In this document: in pieces, positions 38,308-51,850 of the stretch
Position numbering within the stretch: the stretch's first letter is position 1
Layout of the letters: each line of letters opens with the position of its first letter
Assembly (NCBI RefSeq): GCF_018350175.1
Contig: NC_058368.1
Location: forward strand, 171,680,001-171,744,000
DNA: 64,000 nt
Source: Felis catus
Taxonomy: Eukaryota
Direction of reading: 5' to 3'
Notes under the pieces: generated by a model
What the model was told of the DNA's origin: nothing
Databases searched by the model: none
What the model saw: only the letters and a program-made list of their open reading frames with translations
Position numbers and translations under genes: made by a program

Positions 38308-38319
38308 CATCTTAGAGAA

Positions 38320-39200
38320 TTTCAACATCTCACTGTCCACTGACTGTTTTATATATAGCTGCAAGGGAATCTGGAAAGGTATGTATTTTAGCTTTTCAGT
38401 CTCGTTAGTAGAGCAAGGCAAAAGAAAAGAGATTAATGAAAGGCTCTTGGTTAGGCCATCCATATTGTCCACCACAGTCTGCACCTTTGGCTATACCACA
38501 GTCACACATTTTCTTATTGTCATATATTTATGTTCATATGGAATACATTTGCTTCCTCCCCCAAAGAATACAAGTCTATTTACTACATCTCGATCAAAAT
38601 CCAGCATCTTTGTGTGATATCCAGTTCTGTTCAACAGGTCTAGCTATGGTTCCTTGTGGCCTGGCAAACTTAATTTTGAAAGTAAAGATACCTGCTCCAA
38701 ATGTACCTGGTACAATTATTGGGGGAGAAACATGATAATTACAATGAAGACTCCCATTTGGAAAGGTTGATGTGAAACACACAGCCCATATTACACCCTG
38801 AGAGACAGTAAGATGAGGCCCATCTGCTTAGGCAGTAGAGTTTCTTGCCTCAGACACTGGCTCTGCCTTCTGGAGAAATCCACTTTGATTATCTTCCTTT
38901 GCCTTGTGGTTATATATTTGGAAGAAGATATTCCCTGTTGACTGTCTCTCATGGCCACATCTGACATGAGCATTTAGAAGAATGCTGTTTCTAAAGCCTT
39001 CTCAGTTTTTCACCATCTTGCTACAGGTTTTAATTCAGTCTAAGAGGCCAGTTGGTGACAAGTTGTCAACCAGTCTTGAGTTTTTGTTTCATTGCTTTGT
39101 TTTGTTTCTGTTGTTGTTTTTGCAATGGAATTTCACCATAAAACAGCTAGGCTTCTGTATTGGTTTTCTTTCATTTGTCCCCCCGCACTCCTCTCTATTC
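38320..39200 (-). mobile_element. old MLT1 LTR end plus MaLR internal region
   Basis: agctgcaagggaatctggaaagg...tgtccaccacagtctgcacctttggct resembles an LTR/internal junction. Confidence 0.55.
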
Positions 39201-41105
39201 ATTCCAGCCCTGCTCTGTGCTCTGGGAAGCTGATCTGTATATACAGCTTCAGTGATTCCCCTGCCGTCTAGCTTTCTGTTGGGTTTGGCCAATGGGAGAA
39301 ACCTGCAGGAGGTCATAGGGAAAAGGCAGTGTGAAATTAGGGTATCTTTTCCCCCATGTCTCTTTCTGCTGGGTTGCCATGGGACTACAAAAGGTCACAG
39401 CTCCTGTCAAGTGGCCCTCTCTGAATTATGTTAACTGTTTCCTCTCCTTGCCCTTCACGTTCAATAATGGCAATGGCTCCCTGGTATTACTCCATCTGGG
39501 GTGCCATCCTATCTCTTGTGATTTCCCTATACCCTCTTCACATCTGTCAATAGTCCCCTTTAAAACTCTCCTCAAATTACCCAAATCCAGTGTGCTATCC
39601 ATTTCTTGCCAGGATTCTAACTGCTACAACTTCCAGTTTATTTGCTTCTAATCAAGTATGTACATAGGTATGTATGTTCAGGAAAATTGCATAATGTCAT
39701 GGAAAGTAGTGTGAGATATTTGAGAAACTTGAAACTTATATAGTAGAGGGAGAATCAAACCAATTATGGATTACTATTATAATAGAGCTGAATGTATTAT
39801 AACTATACCACTGGAGATCATGTAGATGTTTGAAAATAATAGAATAAGAATGCAGTTAGGTGTATGGGTGGTTTAAATACGTGGGTGGTTTTGGAAATTA
39901 GTGATAAGTGTTCTATTATTATTTCCATTTTACAGTTGAGGAGAGTAAAAAAAAAAAAAAAGTCCCGAGAGGTAAGTAACTTGGCCATGGTCAAACAATT
40001 AAGCAGGAGAGCTGGGATTTGAACTCACAGGGTCTGGCTCCAAAGCCTAAACTCTTAATGTCACCCATTGATTCTCAAGACAGTGCCTGCAAGTAGTTGG
40101 ACCTCAAGCAGGTTCAGGCATAGCACACATATTAGAAATCTCACATCCTAAATTTTGAAACCATATGGTGTCCTGTAATTTCTCATGGTTAAGTGAGGAG
40201 ACCACTTTGGAGCTGTGAAACAAACTTAGATCTTTTGAAAACCACAGGATTCTATGACTTTAAGAAACTTTCTACCACATACAGGTTGAGTTAGCTTCTT
40301 TTTCTGTTTCTATAACACTGTGAATGCACCCCTTTTATAGCTTTTATTGTAGTGTTGTAATTGTTTCTATGTGTCTGTCTTCTGCCCTGTGAGCTCTTCA
40401 AAGAAAAAATTTGTCTTATTCAACCTCATTAATGCCCTATAATGAGACGTTTAATGAAGGACCAATTAATATCTAATCTACAAATATCCATCTAATTATA
40501 TCTTTATTTACTCATCCACACAGCTAGCCACAATGTAGATTAACTTCTTTGGGCTTTATTGTCATTAGCAATTACATATATTAGGACCCAATTAGTATTT
40601 TTACTATTATCAGTATCGAGACAATTATTAAGATTTAATATAGGCATACATACATAAAAAACTAAAAGCTAAGCAAAAAGAGATGTTAAAAAATAACAAC
40701 AAAAGAAGTAAAACCTGTTTTCCCTAAATTGAACCTTAGAAAGATAAATTAAAAGAAGGTGTATTATTAATTACGTCCTAAAAATGTTCTGGTTTATTTC
40801 CAGCTCAGTTAACCCCTTTAAGCATCTGCACCAAATCAGGGAAGCATGCAGGGTCCATGATCACTTTATTCAGAAGCTACAGTGACAGCGTGATGAAAGA
40901 TTACAGAGAAACTTCTACTTGGTTACTCTCCGCTCCACGTTGGAATATTGGGTTTATACAAACTTTTCTACTGCATTATTCTATCCAACCACTTCCCCTC
41001 TGCTTCTCCAAGCAGGAAAATAATTATTGAGATATTTACCCCATGTCATTTTCTCTTCCTTCAACATTTTAATGGGGTGAGGTGCGTTAGAAAAGGGTTT
41101 TGTCT

Positions 41106-41322
41106 GGGAGCACCAGGGTGGCTCAGTCAATTGAGCGCCAACTTCAGCTCAAGTCATGATCTCACGGTTCATGGGTTTGAGTCCGAAGTTGGGCTCTGTG
41201 CTGACAGCTTAGAGTCTGAAACCTGCTTCGGATTCTGTGTCCCCCTCTCTCTCTGCCCCTCCCCTTCTTGCGCTCTGTCTCTCTCTCAAAAATAAAATAA
41301 ACATTAAAAAAATTTTTTTTAA
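41106..41322 (+). mobile_element. Can-SINE
   Basis: TSD aaaagggttttgtctgg on both sides. Confidence 0.9.
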
Positions 41323-41699
41323 AGGAAAAGGGTTTTGTCTGGACATAGTTATTGTGACCACTCTGTGTTGCTTTGATTCCTACATCTTATCCTTGAGAGA
41401 AATTGCAAGGATATTGGGCAGTGCTAAAAGTACAGCCCCCAGATTACCTCCATCTGGCTTGACAAATGAGCTCAACCTATAGGTTTATATTGATCTGTCC
41501 TAGGCACAGAGGAGAATTCATTTAACCATATTCATTAGCTCAATGAATGCTGTCTAATGCCTAATTTGTGCCAAACACCATGGCAGAAGTAAGATTAGTA
41601 AAGTAGTCCCTACTCTGAGCAGTTAAAAATCTGTTAGGAAGTCAAGACCATCTCACCTGAAACAAACAGTAAACAATATACAATATAATATGTGATAAC

Positions 41700-43212
41700 T
41701 TTTTTAAATTAAACTTAATTTTGAAGTAATTATAGATTCACATGCATTTGTTAGAAATTCCCTTTACACAGTTTCCTCCAAATGATAATATCTTACAAAT
41801 AGTCCAGTATCACACCCAGGATATTGACATTGATATAGTCAAGATACAAAACATTTCAATCATTTCCATGAACACAAGGATCCTCCCAAGTTATCTTTTA
41901 TAGACATACCCATTTTCCTCCTTATGCCACACCCTCCTTCACCTCTGACAACCATTGATCATTAATCCATTTCTATAACTATGTCATTTCAATGGAATCA
42001 CATAATATGTAACAACTTGGGATTGGCTTTTTTCACTCATACAATTATCTGGTGCTTCATTCAAGTTGTTGTCTATACCAATAATTTCTTCTTTTTATTA
42101 CTACCTAGTATTCCATGGCATGGATTATCACAGTTTGTTTAACCATTCACCTGTTGAAGGACATTTGGGTTGTTTCCAGTTTGGGGCAATTATATATATA
42201 ATTGCTACAAACATTCTTGCATAAGCTTTTTTTTTTTTTTTGAGAAATGTTCTTTTCATTTATCTGGGGTAAAATACCCAAGAGTTCCATCACTTAGTTG
42301 TATGGTAGCTGCACCTTTTTTTTTTTAAGAAACTGACAAATTGTTATCCAGAGTAGCTGTACCACTTTACATTCTCACCAATAATATGTGGGTAACCTAT
42401 TTTTCCATATTCTTACCAGTATTTGATGTGGTCACTATTTTTTATCTTAGTCATTCCAATAGGTGTGTAGTGATATTTCACTGTAGTTTGTATTTCTCTA
42501 ATGGCAAATGATGCTGAATACCTTTTCATGTCCTTGTTTGCCACTTTCTTATTATTTGGTGAAAATTCTCTTACGTCTTTGCTGATGTTCTAAAGGGACC
42601 ATTTCCTTTTTTACTTTTGAGTTTTGAGAGCTCTTTCTATAGTCTAGAAACTAGTGCTTTGTTCAGATACATGGTTTGCAGATATTTTTTTCTCACTCTG
42701 TATCTTTATCCTCTTGCCAGGGTCTTTCACAGAATAAAATCTTAAATTTTGATGAAGTCATTTTATTAATTTTATATATAACTAATTGTTTTAATGTTAA
42801 TTTATTTTTGAGAGAGGGAGAGAGAGACAGAGCGCGAGCAGGGGAGGGGCTGAGAGAGAGGGAGACACAGAATCTGAAGCAGGCTCCAGGCTCTGAGCTG
42901 TCAGCACAGAGCCAGATTCAGGGCTCAAACCCACAAACTGTGAGATCATGACCTGAACTGAAGTTAGACATTCAACCAACTGAGCCACCCAAGAGCCCCT
43001 AATTTTATATATAGGTCATATTTTTGGTTTGAAGTCTGAGAACTTTTTGTCATGTCCTAGATTCCAAAGATTTTCTCTTATGCTTTCTTTCTAGAAGTTT
43101 TAGTTTTACATTATACATGTAAGTCCATTATCTACTTTAGTTACTTTTTGTATAAGGAATGAGACCTGTCAAGTTTCTGTCTTCTTTCTCTCTTTTTTTC
43201 TTTCTTTTCTTT

Positions 43213-43244
<32 letters not shown>

Positions 43245-43517
43245 ATTTTTTGCACAGTTTCTTGAAAAGACTATCTTTCCTCCATTGAACTGTTTATGTA
43301 CCTTTGCCATGAAACAGTTGGGCATGTTTCTATAAGTCTGTTTGGGTTCTCTATGCTGTTCCATTAATCTATGTGTTATCCCACTTCCAATATTATGTAT
43401 TCTTGGCTACTACAGTAATACAGTAAGTCTTGAAATTGGATAAATGGTTTCCCTCACTTTATTCTTTTTTGAGAGAGAGAGAGAGAGAGAATGTGTTTGT
43501 GTGACTGGGGGAGAGAG

Positions 43518-43571
<54 letters not shown>

Positions 43572-43920
43572 TGTTAATCAGGCTCCATGCTCGAGCGAGT
43601 TAATCAGGCTCCATGCCAAGCATGGAGCCTGATGCAGGGCTCTATCCCATGACCCTGGGATCATGACCTGAGCCAAAATCAAGAGTTGGGCACTCAACCA
43701 ACTGAGCCACCCAGGCCTCCCTCCCTCACTTTATTCTTTTTCAGAGTTGTTTTAACTATTCTAGTTCCTTTACCTGTCAATATAAATTTTGGAATAACTT
43801 TGTCTTTAGCTTAAAAAAAATCTTGCTGGAATTTTGATGAGAATGTTAAACATGTATATCAACAGAATAGAATTGACATCTTTATTATATTGAGTCCTCT
43901 AATCCTGAACATGATATGCC
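41700..43920 (-). mobile_element. old L1MC-type element (host), 3' part, with SINEs at ~42786-42999 and ~43462-43720
   Basis: ttaattttgaagtaattatagattcacatgca 3' end and degenerate ORF2 on minus; the host resumes after 51160. Confidence 0.75.
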
Positions 43921-44046
43921 TTTTTAAAATTTTTCTAATGTTTATTTATTTTTGAGAAAGAGAGACAGAGCATGAGCAGGGGAGGGACATAGAGTGAGAG
44001 GGAGACACAGAATCCAAAGCAGGCTCCAGGCTCTGAGCTGTCAGCA
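43921..44046 (-). mobile_element. half Can-SINE fused directly to an L1 3'UTR
   Basis: SINE sequence stops at ...gctgtcagca and L1 3'UTR follows. Confidence 0.8.
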
Positions 44047-46750
44047 TAGCTATATTCATCAGCCAGTGTTCATAATGATAAGTGTACTCCTTCATCCCCA
44101 TCACCTATTTCACCCATTCTCCCACCAACCTCCCCTCTGGTAAACATCAATTTGTTCTCTATATTTAAGTGTCTGTTTCTTGGTTTCCCTCTCTTTCTTT
44201 ACTTGTTTGCTTTGTTGCTTAAATTCCACGTATGAGTGAAATCATATTGTATTTGTCTTTCTCTGTCTGACTTATTTCATTTAGCATTATATTTCATAGC
44301 TCCATCCATGTGTTTGCAAATGGCAAGATTTCATTCCTTCTTATGGCTGATTAATATACCACATCTTTATCCATTCACCTATTGATGAACACTTGGGCTG
44401 CTTCCATAATTTGGATGTTGTAAATAATGCTTCAGTACGCATAGGGGTGCATATATATTTTTGAGTAAGTGTTTTTATATTCTTTGGGTAAATACTCAGT
44501 AGTGTGATTTCTGAATCTAGGGCACTCCTGTTTTTAACTTTTTGAGGAAACTCCATACTGTTTTCCCACCAACAGTGCACAAGTGTTCCTTTTTTTTCCA
44601 CATCTTCACCAACACTTGCTGTTTCTTGTATTTTTTATTTTATCCATTCTGACAGGTATGAGGTGATATCACATTGTGGTTTTGATTTGCGTTTCCCTGA
44701 TGATGAGTGATGTTGAGCATCTTTTCATGTGTCTGTTGGCCATCTGGGTGTCTTCTCTGGAGAAATGTCTGCTCAAGTGTTCTGCATAGTTTTTAATTGG
44801 TTTGGTTTGGTTTGTTTGTTTTGGTGTTGAGTTGTATAAATTCTTTACATATTTTGGATACTAACCCTTTATCAAATATGTCATTTGCAAGTATCTTCTC
44901 CAATTCAGTTGGTTATCTTTTAGTTTTGTTAATTGTTTCCTTTTCTGTGCTGAAACTTTTTCTTTTATTGTAGTCCCAATAATTTATTTTTGCTTTTGTT
45001 TCTCTTGCCTCAGAAGACATATCTAGAAAAATATTGTTATGGCTGATGTCAGAGAAATTACTGACCATGCTCTCTTCTAGGATTTTTATGGTTTCAGGTT
45101 TCACATCTAGGTATTTAATCCATTTCGAGTTTATTTTTGTGTTTGGTGTAAGAAAGTGGTCCAATTTCATTCTTTTGCATGTAGCTGTTCATGCAACAGC
45201 ACTCAACACCATTGTTGAAAAGACTTGTTTTTTTCCCAATGGATATTCTTGCCTCTTTTATCAAAGACTAATGGACCATGTAATCATGGGTTTATTTCTG
45301 GGATTTCCCTTCTGTTCCATTGATCTGTGTCTATTTTTGTGCCAGTACCATACTGTTTTGATTTCTACAGCTTCATAGTATAACTTGAAATCTGGAATTG
45401 TGATACTTCAAGCATTGTTTTTCTTTTTCAAGATTGCTTTGGCTGGGGCACCTGGCTGGCTCCGTCAGTAGTGAATGTGACTTCTGATCACAGGGTCTTG
45501 AATTCAAGCCTATGTTGGGCACAGAGCCCATTAAAAAATTTTTTTAAGTTTATTTTTAAAAGGTTGCTTTGTCCATTTAGGGTCTTTTGTGGTTCCATAC
45601 AAATGTTAGTATTATTTGTTCTAGCTCTGTGAAAAAGGCTGTTGGTATTTTGATAGGGATTGCATTAAATCTGTAGATTACTTTGGGTAGTATGAACATT
45701 TTAACAATTTTAGTTCTTGCAATCCGTGAGCATGGAATCTTTTTCCATTTGTTGAGTCATCTTCAATTTCTTTCATTAATGCTTTATAGTTTTCAAAGTA
45801 CAAGTCTTTCACTTCCTTCTTTAAGTTAATTTTGGGTATTTTATCATTTTTGGTGTAATTGTAAATGGGATCGATTCCTTGATTTCTCTTTCTACTGCTT
45901 CATTATTAGTGTATTGCAATTCAATGGATTTCTGTACATTGATTTTTGTATCCTATGACCTTACTGAATTCATCTATCAGTTCTAGTAGTTTTTGGTGGA
46001 GTCCTTCGAGTTTTCTATATATAGTATCATGTCATCTGCAAATAGTGAAAATTTTACTTCTTCCTTACCAATCTGGATGCCTTTCATTCCTTTTTCTTGT
46101 TTGATTGCTATGGCTAGGACCTCCACTACTATGAGGATGAAAGTGGTAAAAGTGGACATTCTTGTCTAGTTTCTGACCTTAGGGGAAAAGCTATTAGTTT
46201 TTCCCTATTGAGTGTTATGTTCACTGTGAGTTTTTTATATATGGCCTTTGTGGTGTTGAAGTCTGTTCCCTCTAAACCTACTTTGTTGAGGATTTTTTTT
46301 TTACCATGAATGGACATTGTACTTTGTCAAATGCTTTTTCTGCATGTATTGAAATGATCATATGATTTTTATCCTTTCTCTTATTGATGTGAGATGTATC
46401 ACATTTATTTATTTGTGAATATTGAACCACTCTTGCATACAAGGAATAAATCCCATTTGATCATAGTGAATGATTTTTTTTAATGTGTTGTTTGGTTTGC
46501 TAATATTTTGTTGAGGATTTTTGCATCTATGTACATCAGACATATTGGCCTGTAGTTCTCTTTTTTGTAGTGTCTTTACCTGGTTTTAGTGTCAAGGTAA
46601 TGCTGGACTCAGAGAATAAATTTGGAAGTTTTCCTTCCTCTTTTATTTTTTGGAATAGTTTGAGAAGGATAGGTATGAACACTTCTTTAAATGTTTGATA
46701 GAATTCCCCTGTGAAGCTGTTTAGCCCTTGACTTTTGTTTGTTAGGAGTT

Positions 46751-46809
<59 letters not shown>

Positions 46810-49800
46810 TACACACACACACACAATGTTAGGAGTTGTTTATATATATATATACTAGCAATGAAACTGAATCAGTAATATATATATATATATTATATAT
46901 ATATATATATATTATATATATAATTATATATATTATATATATAATTATATATATATATTATATATATATATTATATATATATATATTACTGATTCAGTTT
47001 CATTGCTAGTAATTTGTCTTTTTTGAATTTTCTATTTCTTCCTGATTCAGTTTGGGGAAGTTATATGTTTCTATGAATTTATCCATTTCTTCAATGTTGT
47101 TCAATTGGTTGGCATATAACTTTTCATAATATTCTCTTACAATCCTTTGTATTTCTGTGGTGTCAGTTGTCATTTCTCCTCTTTCATTTCTGATTTTATT
47201 TGAGTCCCATCTCTCTCTATCTTTCTCTCTCTCGATGAGTCTGGCTAAAGGTTTATCAATTTTGTTGGTCTTTTCAAAGAACAAGTTCCTGGTTTCATTG
47301 ATCTGTTCTAATGTTTTTGTTCATTTGTTTTGCTTTGTTTTGTTTTAGTTTCTGTTTCATTTATTTCTGCTCTAATCTTTATTGTTTCCTTCCTTCTACT
47401 GGTTTTGGGTTGTTTGTTCTTCTTTTTCTAGCTCCTTTAGGTTGTTTGAGATTTTTCATGCTTCTTGAGGTAGGCCTATATTGTATAAACTATTCTTTTA
47501 GAACCACTTTTGCTGCATCCCAAAGATTTTGGACTGCTGTGTTTTTATTTTCATTTGTCTCCATGTATTTTTTTTTATTTGTTCTTTGATTTCTTGGTTG
47601 ACCCATTTATTGTTTAGTAGCATGATATTTAACCTCCACATATTTGTGCTCTTTCCAGCTTTTTTTCTTGTGGTTGATTTCTATTTTCACAGCATTGTGG
47701 TCAGAAAAGATGCATGGTATGACTTTGGTCTTTTTTAATTTGTTAAGACTTGTTTTGTGGACTAATATGTGCTCCATTCTGGAGAATGTTCCTTGTGCAC
47801 TTGTAAAGAATGTGTATTCTTCTCCTTTAGGATGGAATGTTCTGAATATATCTGTTAAATCTATCTGTTCCAATGTGTCATTCAAAGCCACTGTTTCCTT
47901 CTTGATTTTCTGATTGAATGATCTGTGCATTGATGTAAGTGGGATGTTGAAATACCCTACTATTATTGTATTACTATCAGTTACTTCCTTTATGTTTGTT
48001 ATAAACTGTTTTATGTATTTGGGTGCTTCTGAGTTGGGTGCATAAAATTTACAATTGTTATATATTCTTGTTGGATTGTTCTACAATGTCCTTCTTTGTC
48101 TCATGACAGTCTTTGTTTTAAGGTCTATTTTGTCAGTTATAAGTTTTGCTACCTTGGCTTTCTTTTCACATCCACTTGCATGATAAATACTTCTCCATCC
48201 CTTCATTTTCAGTGTATATTTAGGTCTGAAATGAGTCTCTTGTAGGCAGCAGATAGATGGGTCTTGATTTTTTTTTTAACCACTCCATCACCCTGTGTCT
48301 TTTGATTGGAACATTGAGTCCATTTACATTCAAAGTAATTATTGGTTGGTATCTATCTATTGCCATTTTGTTACTTTCTTTGTGATTTTTTTGTAGTTCT
48401 CCATTCCTTTATTCCCTTGGTCTCTTTTCTCATAATAAGTTGGCTTTCTTTAGTTATACTTGGATTCCTTTCTGTTCATTTTTTGTGTATCTATTACTGG
48501 TTTTTGATTTGTAGCTACCATTTGGTGTGTATGTAACATCTTCTGCATATAGCAGTCTATATTAAGTTGATGATTGCTTAAGTTGATGAACCCATTCTTT
48601 ATTCCTCTCACTTCCATGTTTTAGGTATATGGTGTCATACTTTACATTCTTTTTATTTTGTAAGTGCTGCGACTGATATTTATAGACATACCTATTTTTG
48701 TACTTCCCATTTTTCCTACTTTTACTTATGGTCTTTCCTTTCTACTCAAAGAGTCCCTTTTAACATTTCTTGTAGGACTGGTTTAATGGTTATGAATCCC
48801 TTTAACTTTTGTTTGTCTGGGAAACTCTTCATCTTTCCTTCTATTCTAAATGATAGCCTTGATGGATAGAGTATTCATTCATAGATATTTTCCTTTCAGC
48901 ACTTGGAATATATCATACTACTCCCTTTTGGCCTGTAGAGGTTTGCTGAAAAATCTGCTGATAGCCTCCTGGTGTTTCCCTTATATGTAACTGATTTCTT
49001 TTCTCTTGCTGCTTTTAAAATTTTCTTTTTATCACTACTTTTTGCCATTTTAATTATTATATGTCTTGGTGTGGACCTCCTTGGGTTGGTTTTATTGGGG
49101 GAATTTCTGTGCTTCCTGGATCTGAATTTCTATTTCCTTTTCCAAATTCAGGAAGTTTTCAGCTATTTTTCTTCAAACAAATTTTCCATCCCCTTTTCAC
49201 TCTCTTCTCTTTCTGGGATCCCTATAAGGTGAATGTTATTACACTTGATGGTGTCACTGAGTTCTCGAAGTCTATTCTTGTTTTGCATAATTTCTTTTTT
49301 CTCATGTGCTCAGTCAGCTTGATCACTTTCCATTACTCTGTCCTCCAGGTTGCTGATGTGTTCTTCTACTTCCTCTTCTCTACTATTTATTCCATCTAGT
49401 GTATTGTTAATTTCATTTAATCTGTTATTCATCTCTGATTGGTTCTATTTTATCTCTTTGTTAGGGATCTCACTGATGTCTTCCACTCTTATCTCAAGTC
49501 CAGTGAGTATCTTTATGTTCATTACTTTATTTTTTTAAGTTTATTTATTTTGAGAGAGAGAGGGAGAGAAAGCACAAGGGGGGGAGGGGCAGAGAGAAAG
49601 GGAGAGAATCCCAAGCAGGCTCTGCACTGACAGCATGGAGCCCAATGCAGCACTCAGACTCACGGACCACCAGATCATGACCCAAGTCAAAACCAAGACT
49701 TGGATGCTCAACCAACCAAGTCACCCAGGCACCCCAATGGTCATTACTTTACATTCTCTTTCAGGCATAATACTTATATCTGTTTTGTTTAGGTCTCTTG

Positions 49801-51153
49801 CTATGACTTGCTCTTGTTCTTTCATTTGGGACATACTTCTCTGTCTCCTCATTTTGTCTCTCTGTCTCCTCATTTTGTCTCTCTGTCTGTTTCTGTGTGT
49901 TAGGAAAGTCAGCTACATCTCCTGCACTTGAAAGTAGTGGCATTATGAAGAAGAGGTCCTGTAGTGCTCTGCAGTTCAGTGTCCCCTGTTCACTGGAAAG
50001 TGGCGCTTCAGGGGTGTCTCTTATGTGTGTTGCATTCACCCTGCTGTTGTGGCTGAGCTTCTCTTTCCTTCAGTCCAGTCAACTGCAGTGGCTGTTATGG
50101 GCAAATGCTTGGTCCCTGTCGTGTTAGTGGGCCAGTCTGGGCCACCTTGGGCTTGAGTCAGACCAGGCATTTGCCAGAGATGCAGTAGCACCAAATGGCA
50201 GGGTGCTTTCCCTGTGTTGTCCCCTGAGAAGCTTTCGTTGGTGGGCAGGGCCTGCAGTCAGACCAGCTGTTTGCCTCCAGCCCTCTGCTAGGGACACAGT
50301 CTGACTGGTGTGTGTAGTTATCTCTCTCTCTCTCCCTGATGCAGGAGTCACTTGGGAGTAGTGCTGCTTGTACTGCTGTTGGGTTGCTTGCATGCTGACA
50401 GGCTTGTGGCATTTCTTTGCATGGGTTCTGGCCAAGAGTGTATTGGAGAGGGCTGATCTACCATAGCATGAGGGTGCTGGGCAACAGTGGTAGCAAGTTA
50501 GATAGAAAGTGTTGGAGTTGCACTGGCTCCCACAGATGACCATATGTTTATTTGAAGGGCAGGGGAAGGAAATAGTGCCTGACAGCTCCTTTGATCCTAG
50601 AGGAGTCTCCCAACATCTCTGTCCCTCCAGGACATGCTCTGAGATTAGTAAACTACTCTCCCTTCCATATGCCACAGGTATTTTTCAAACTGCTGCTTCT
50701 GTGTTATATTTCTGCAGGCTGTTTGTTGTGCTGTCTCTTTAGGGGCATGGACTCAGTTTCTTCTCCCCTCCTGGCTGTGCTAGAGCCGAATGCAATGATT
50801 TTTTAAATTCCAGGTATTAAATCTCACTGGTTGTAAGAACTCACAAAATTCAGCCCCTCTGGTTTTCAAAGCCAAATGTTATGGGGATTCATCTTGCCTA
50901 TGCAGGCTTTCCAGTGTGAGAGTCTGTTTCTCTCCCCTCTCCATTCCCCTGGGTCACTCCTTCTTGTGGACAGTCCTACAGGTCCACCCTTCCTACTCTC
51001 TTCAGTGTGATCTCTTCTCTACATTTAACTATGGAGTTTGTTCTGCCAGTCTTGGGGGCCATTTTCTGGGTTATTTACATTGATGTGGGCATTATCTGGT
51101 CATACCTGTGGGATGAGGTGAGTTTAGGGTCCTCCTACTCTTCCATCTTGCCC
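44047..51153 (-). mobile_element. near full-length decayed carnivore L1 (5'UTR ~49890-51153, ORF1 ~48746-49852, ORF2 ~44350-48366), with SINEs at ~45445-45545 and ~49526-49735
   Basis: 5' end GGGGCAAGATGGAAGAGTAG on minus; ORF1 start MRRQRSMSQMKEQ and end MLKGTL*; ORF2 fragments ([48 protein letters not shown]) with many stops and frameshifts. Confidence 0.92.
46740..47011. repeat. complex (TA)n/(CA)n insert with a direct repeat and a 40-bp perfect inverted repeat
   Basis: 46853-46892 is the reverse complement of 46972-47011; tgttaggagttgttt(at)n at 46740 and 46827. Confidence 0.92.
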
Positions 51154-51159
51154 CAATTC

Positions 51160-51850
51160 TCAGTATTTTTTTTTTGAGCAAATATAAATTGTATTGTGTT
51201 TTCAGTTTTGGTTTTCATGTGTTCATTCCTTGTTACCAATGAGTGATGGTGAAAGCCCTGACTCTCTTCTAGGCCTCCTCTGAGATGGCTCCAGGGAAAG
51301 GGAGAGGGATAGAAGCCCAGGCTCCCTACTTGGCCTTCTCTGACACACCCCACTGGGAATGAGTAATGAAAGTGTCTCATTAACGCCTCACAAGTGTGGA
51401 AGTCTAGGCTCTCCATTTGGTCTTTGCTGGCATGGGTGGGAGTGAAGGCATAGTGTTTTCTGTCATGTTTGGCTGGAGTAGAATTGTTATTGTCTGTAAA
51501 TTTTCTATCTTGCCAGCCTCCCGCTTTCTTGGTCCTTTGAATAAATAGTTCTTTGGATATAGGCTTTTGTTGGGGATTTTTTCTGTGTGGGGATTTTGTC
51601 TGCTTATTTGGCATTTCTGAGACGATTCCTTCTTCAGATCCAAGTTTGGGATATATGAGACAAAAAGAAATACCAAGGAACTCACACTGTGTGTTCTTTG
51701 TGCCCCTAAGTCTTTAGCTGCTCTGCCTTTTTCTTTCTAATTTCCAAAGTCGTCTTCTATTTATTTTATATATAGAATAAAATACATATCCAGGATTTTT
51801 AGTTGGATTTGGCAGGAAGAATATGGAAAAACACTCCATCACCCTAGAGT
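51160..51850 (-). mobile_element. continuation and 5'-end portion of the host L1MC-type element
   Basis: host ORF2-like text (aaattgtattgtgtttt...gttcattcc) followed by old L1 5'UTR-like sequence. Confidence 0.6.
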
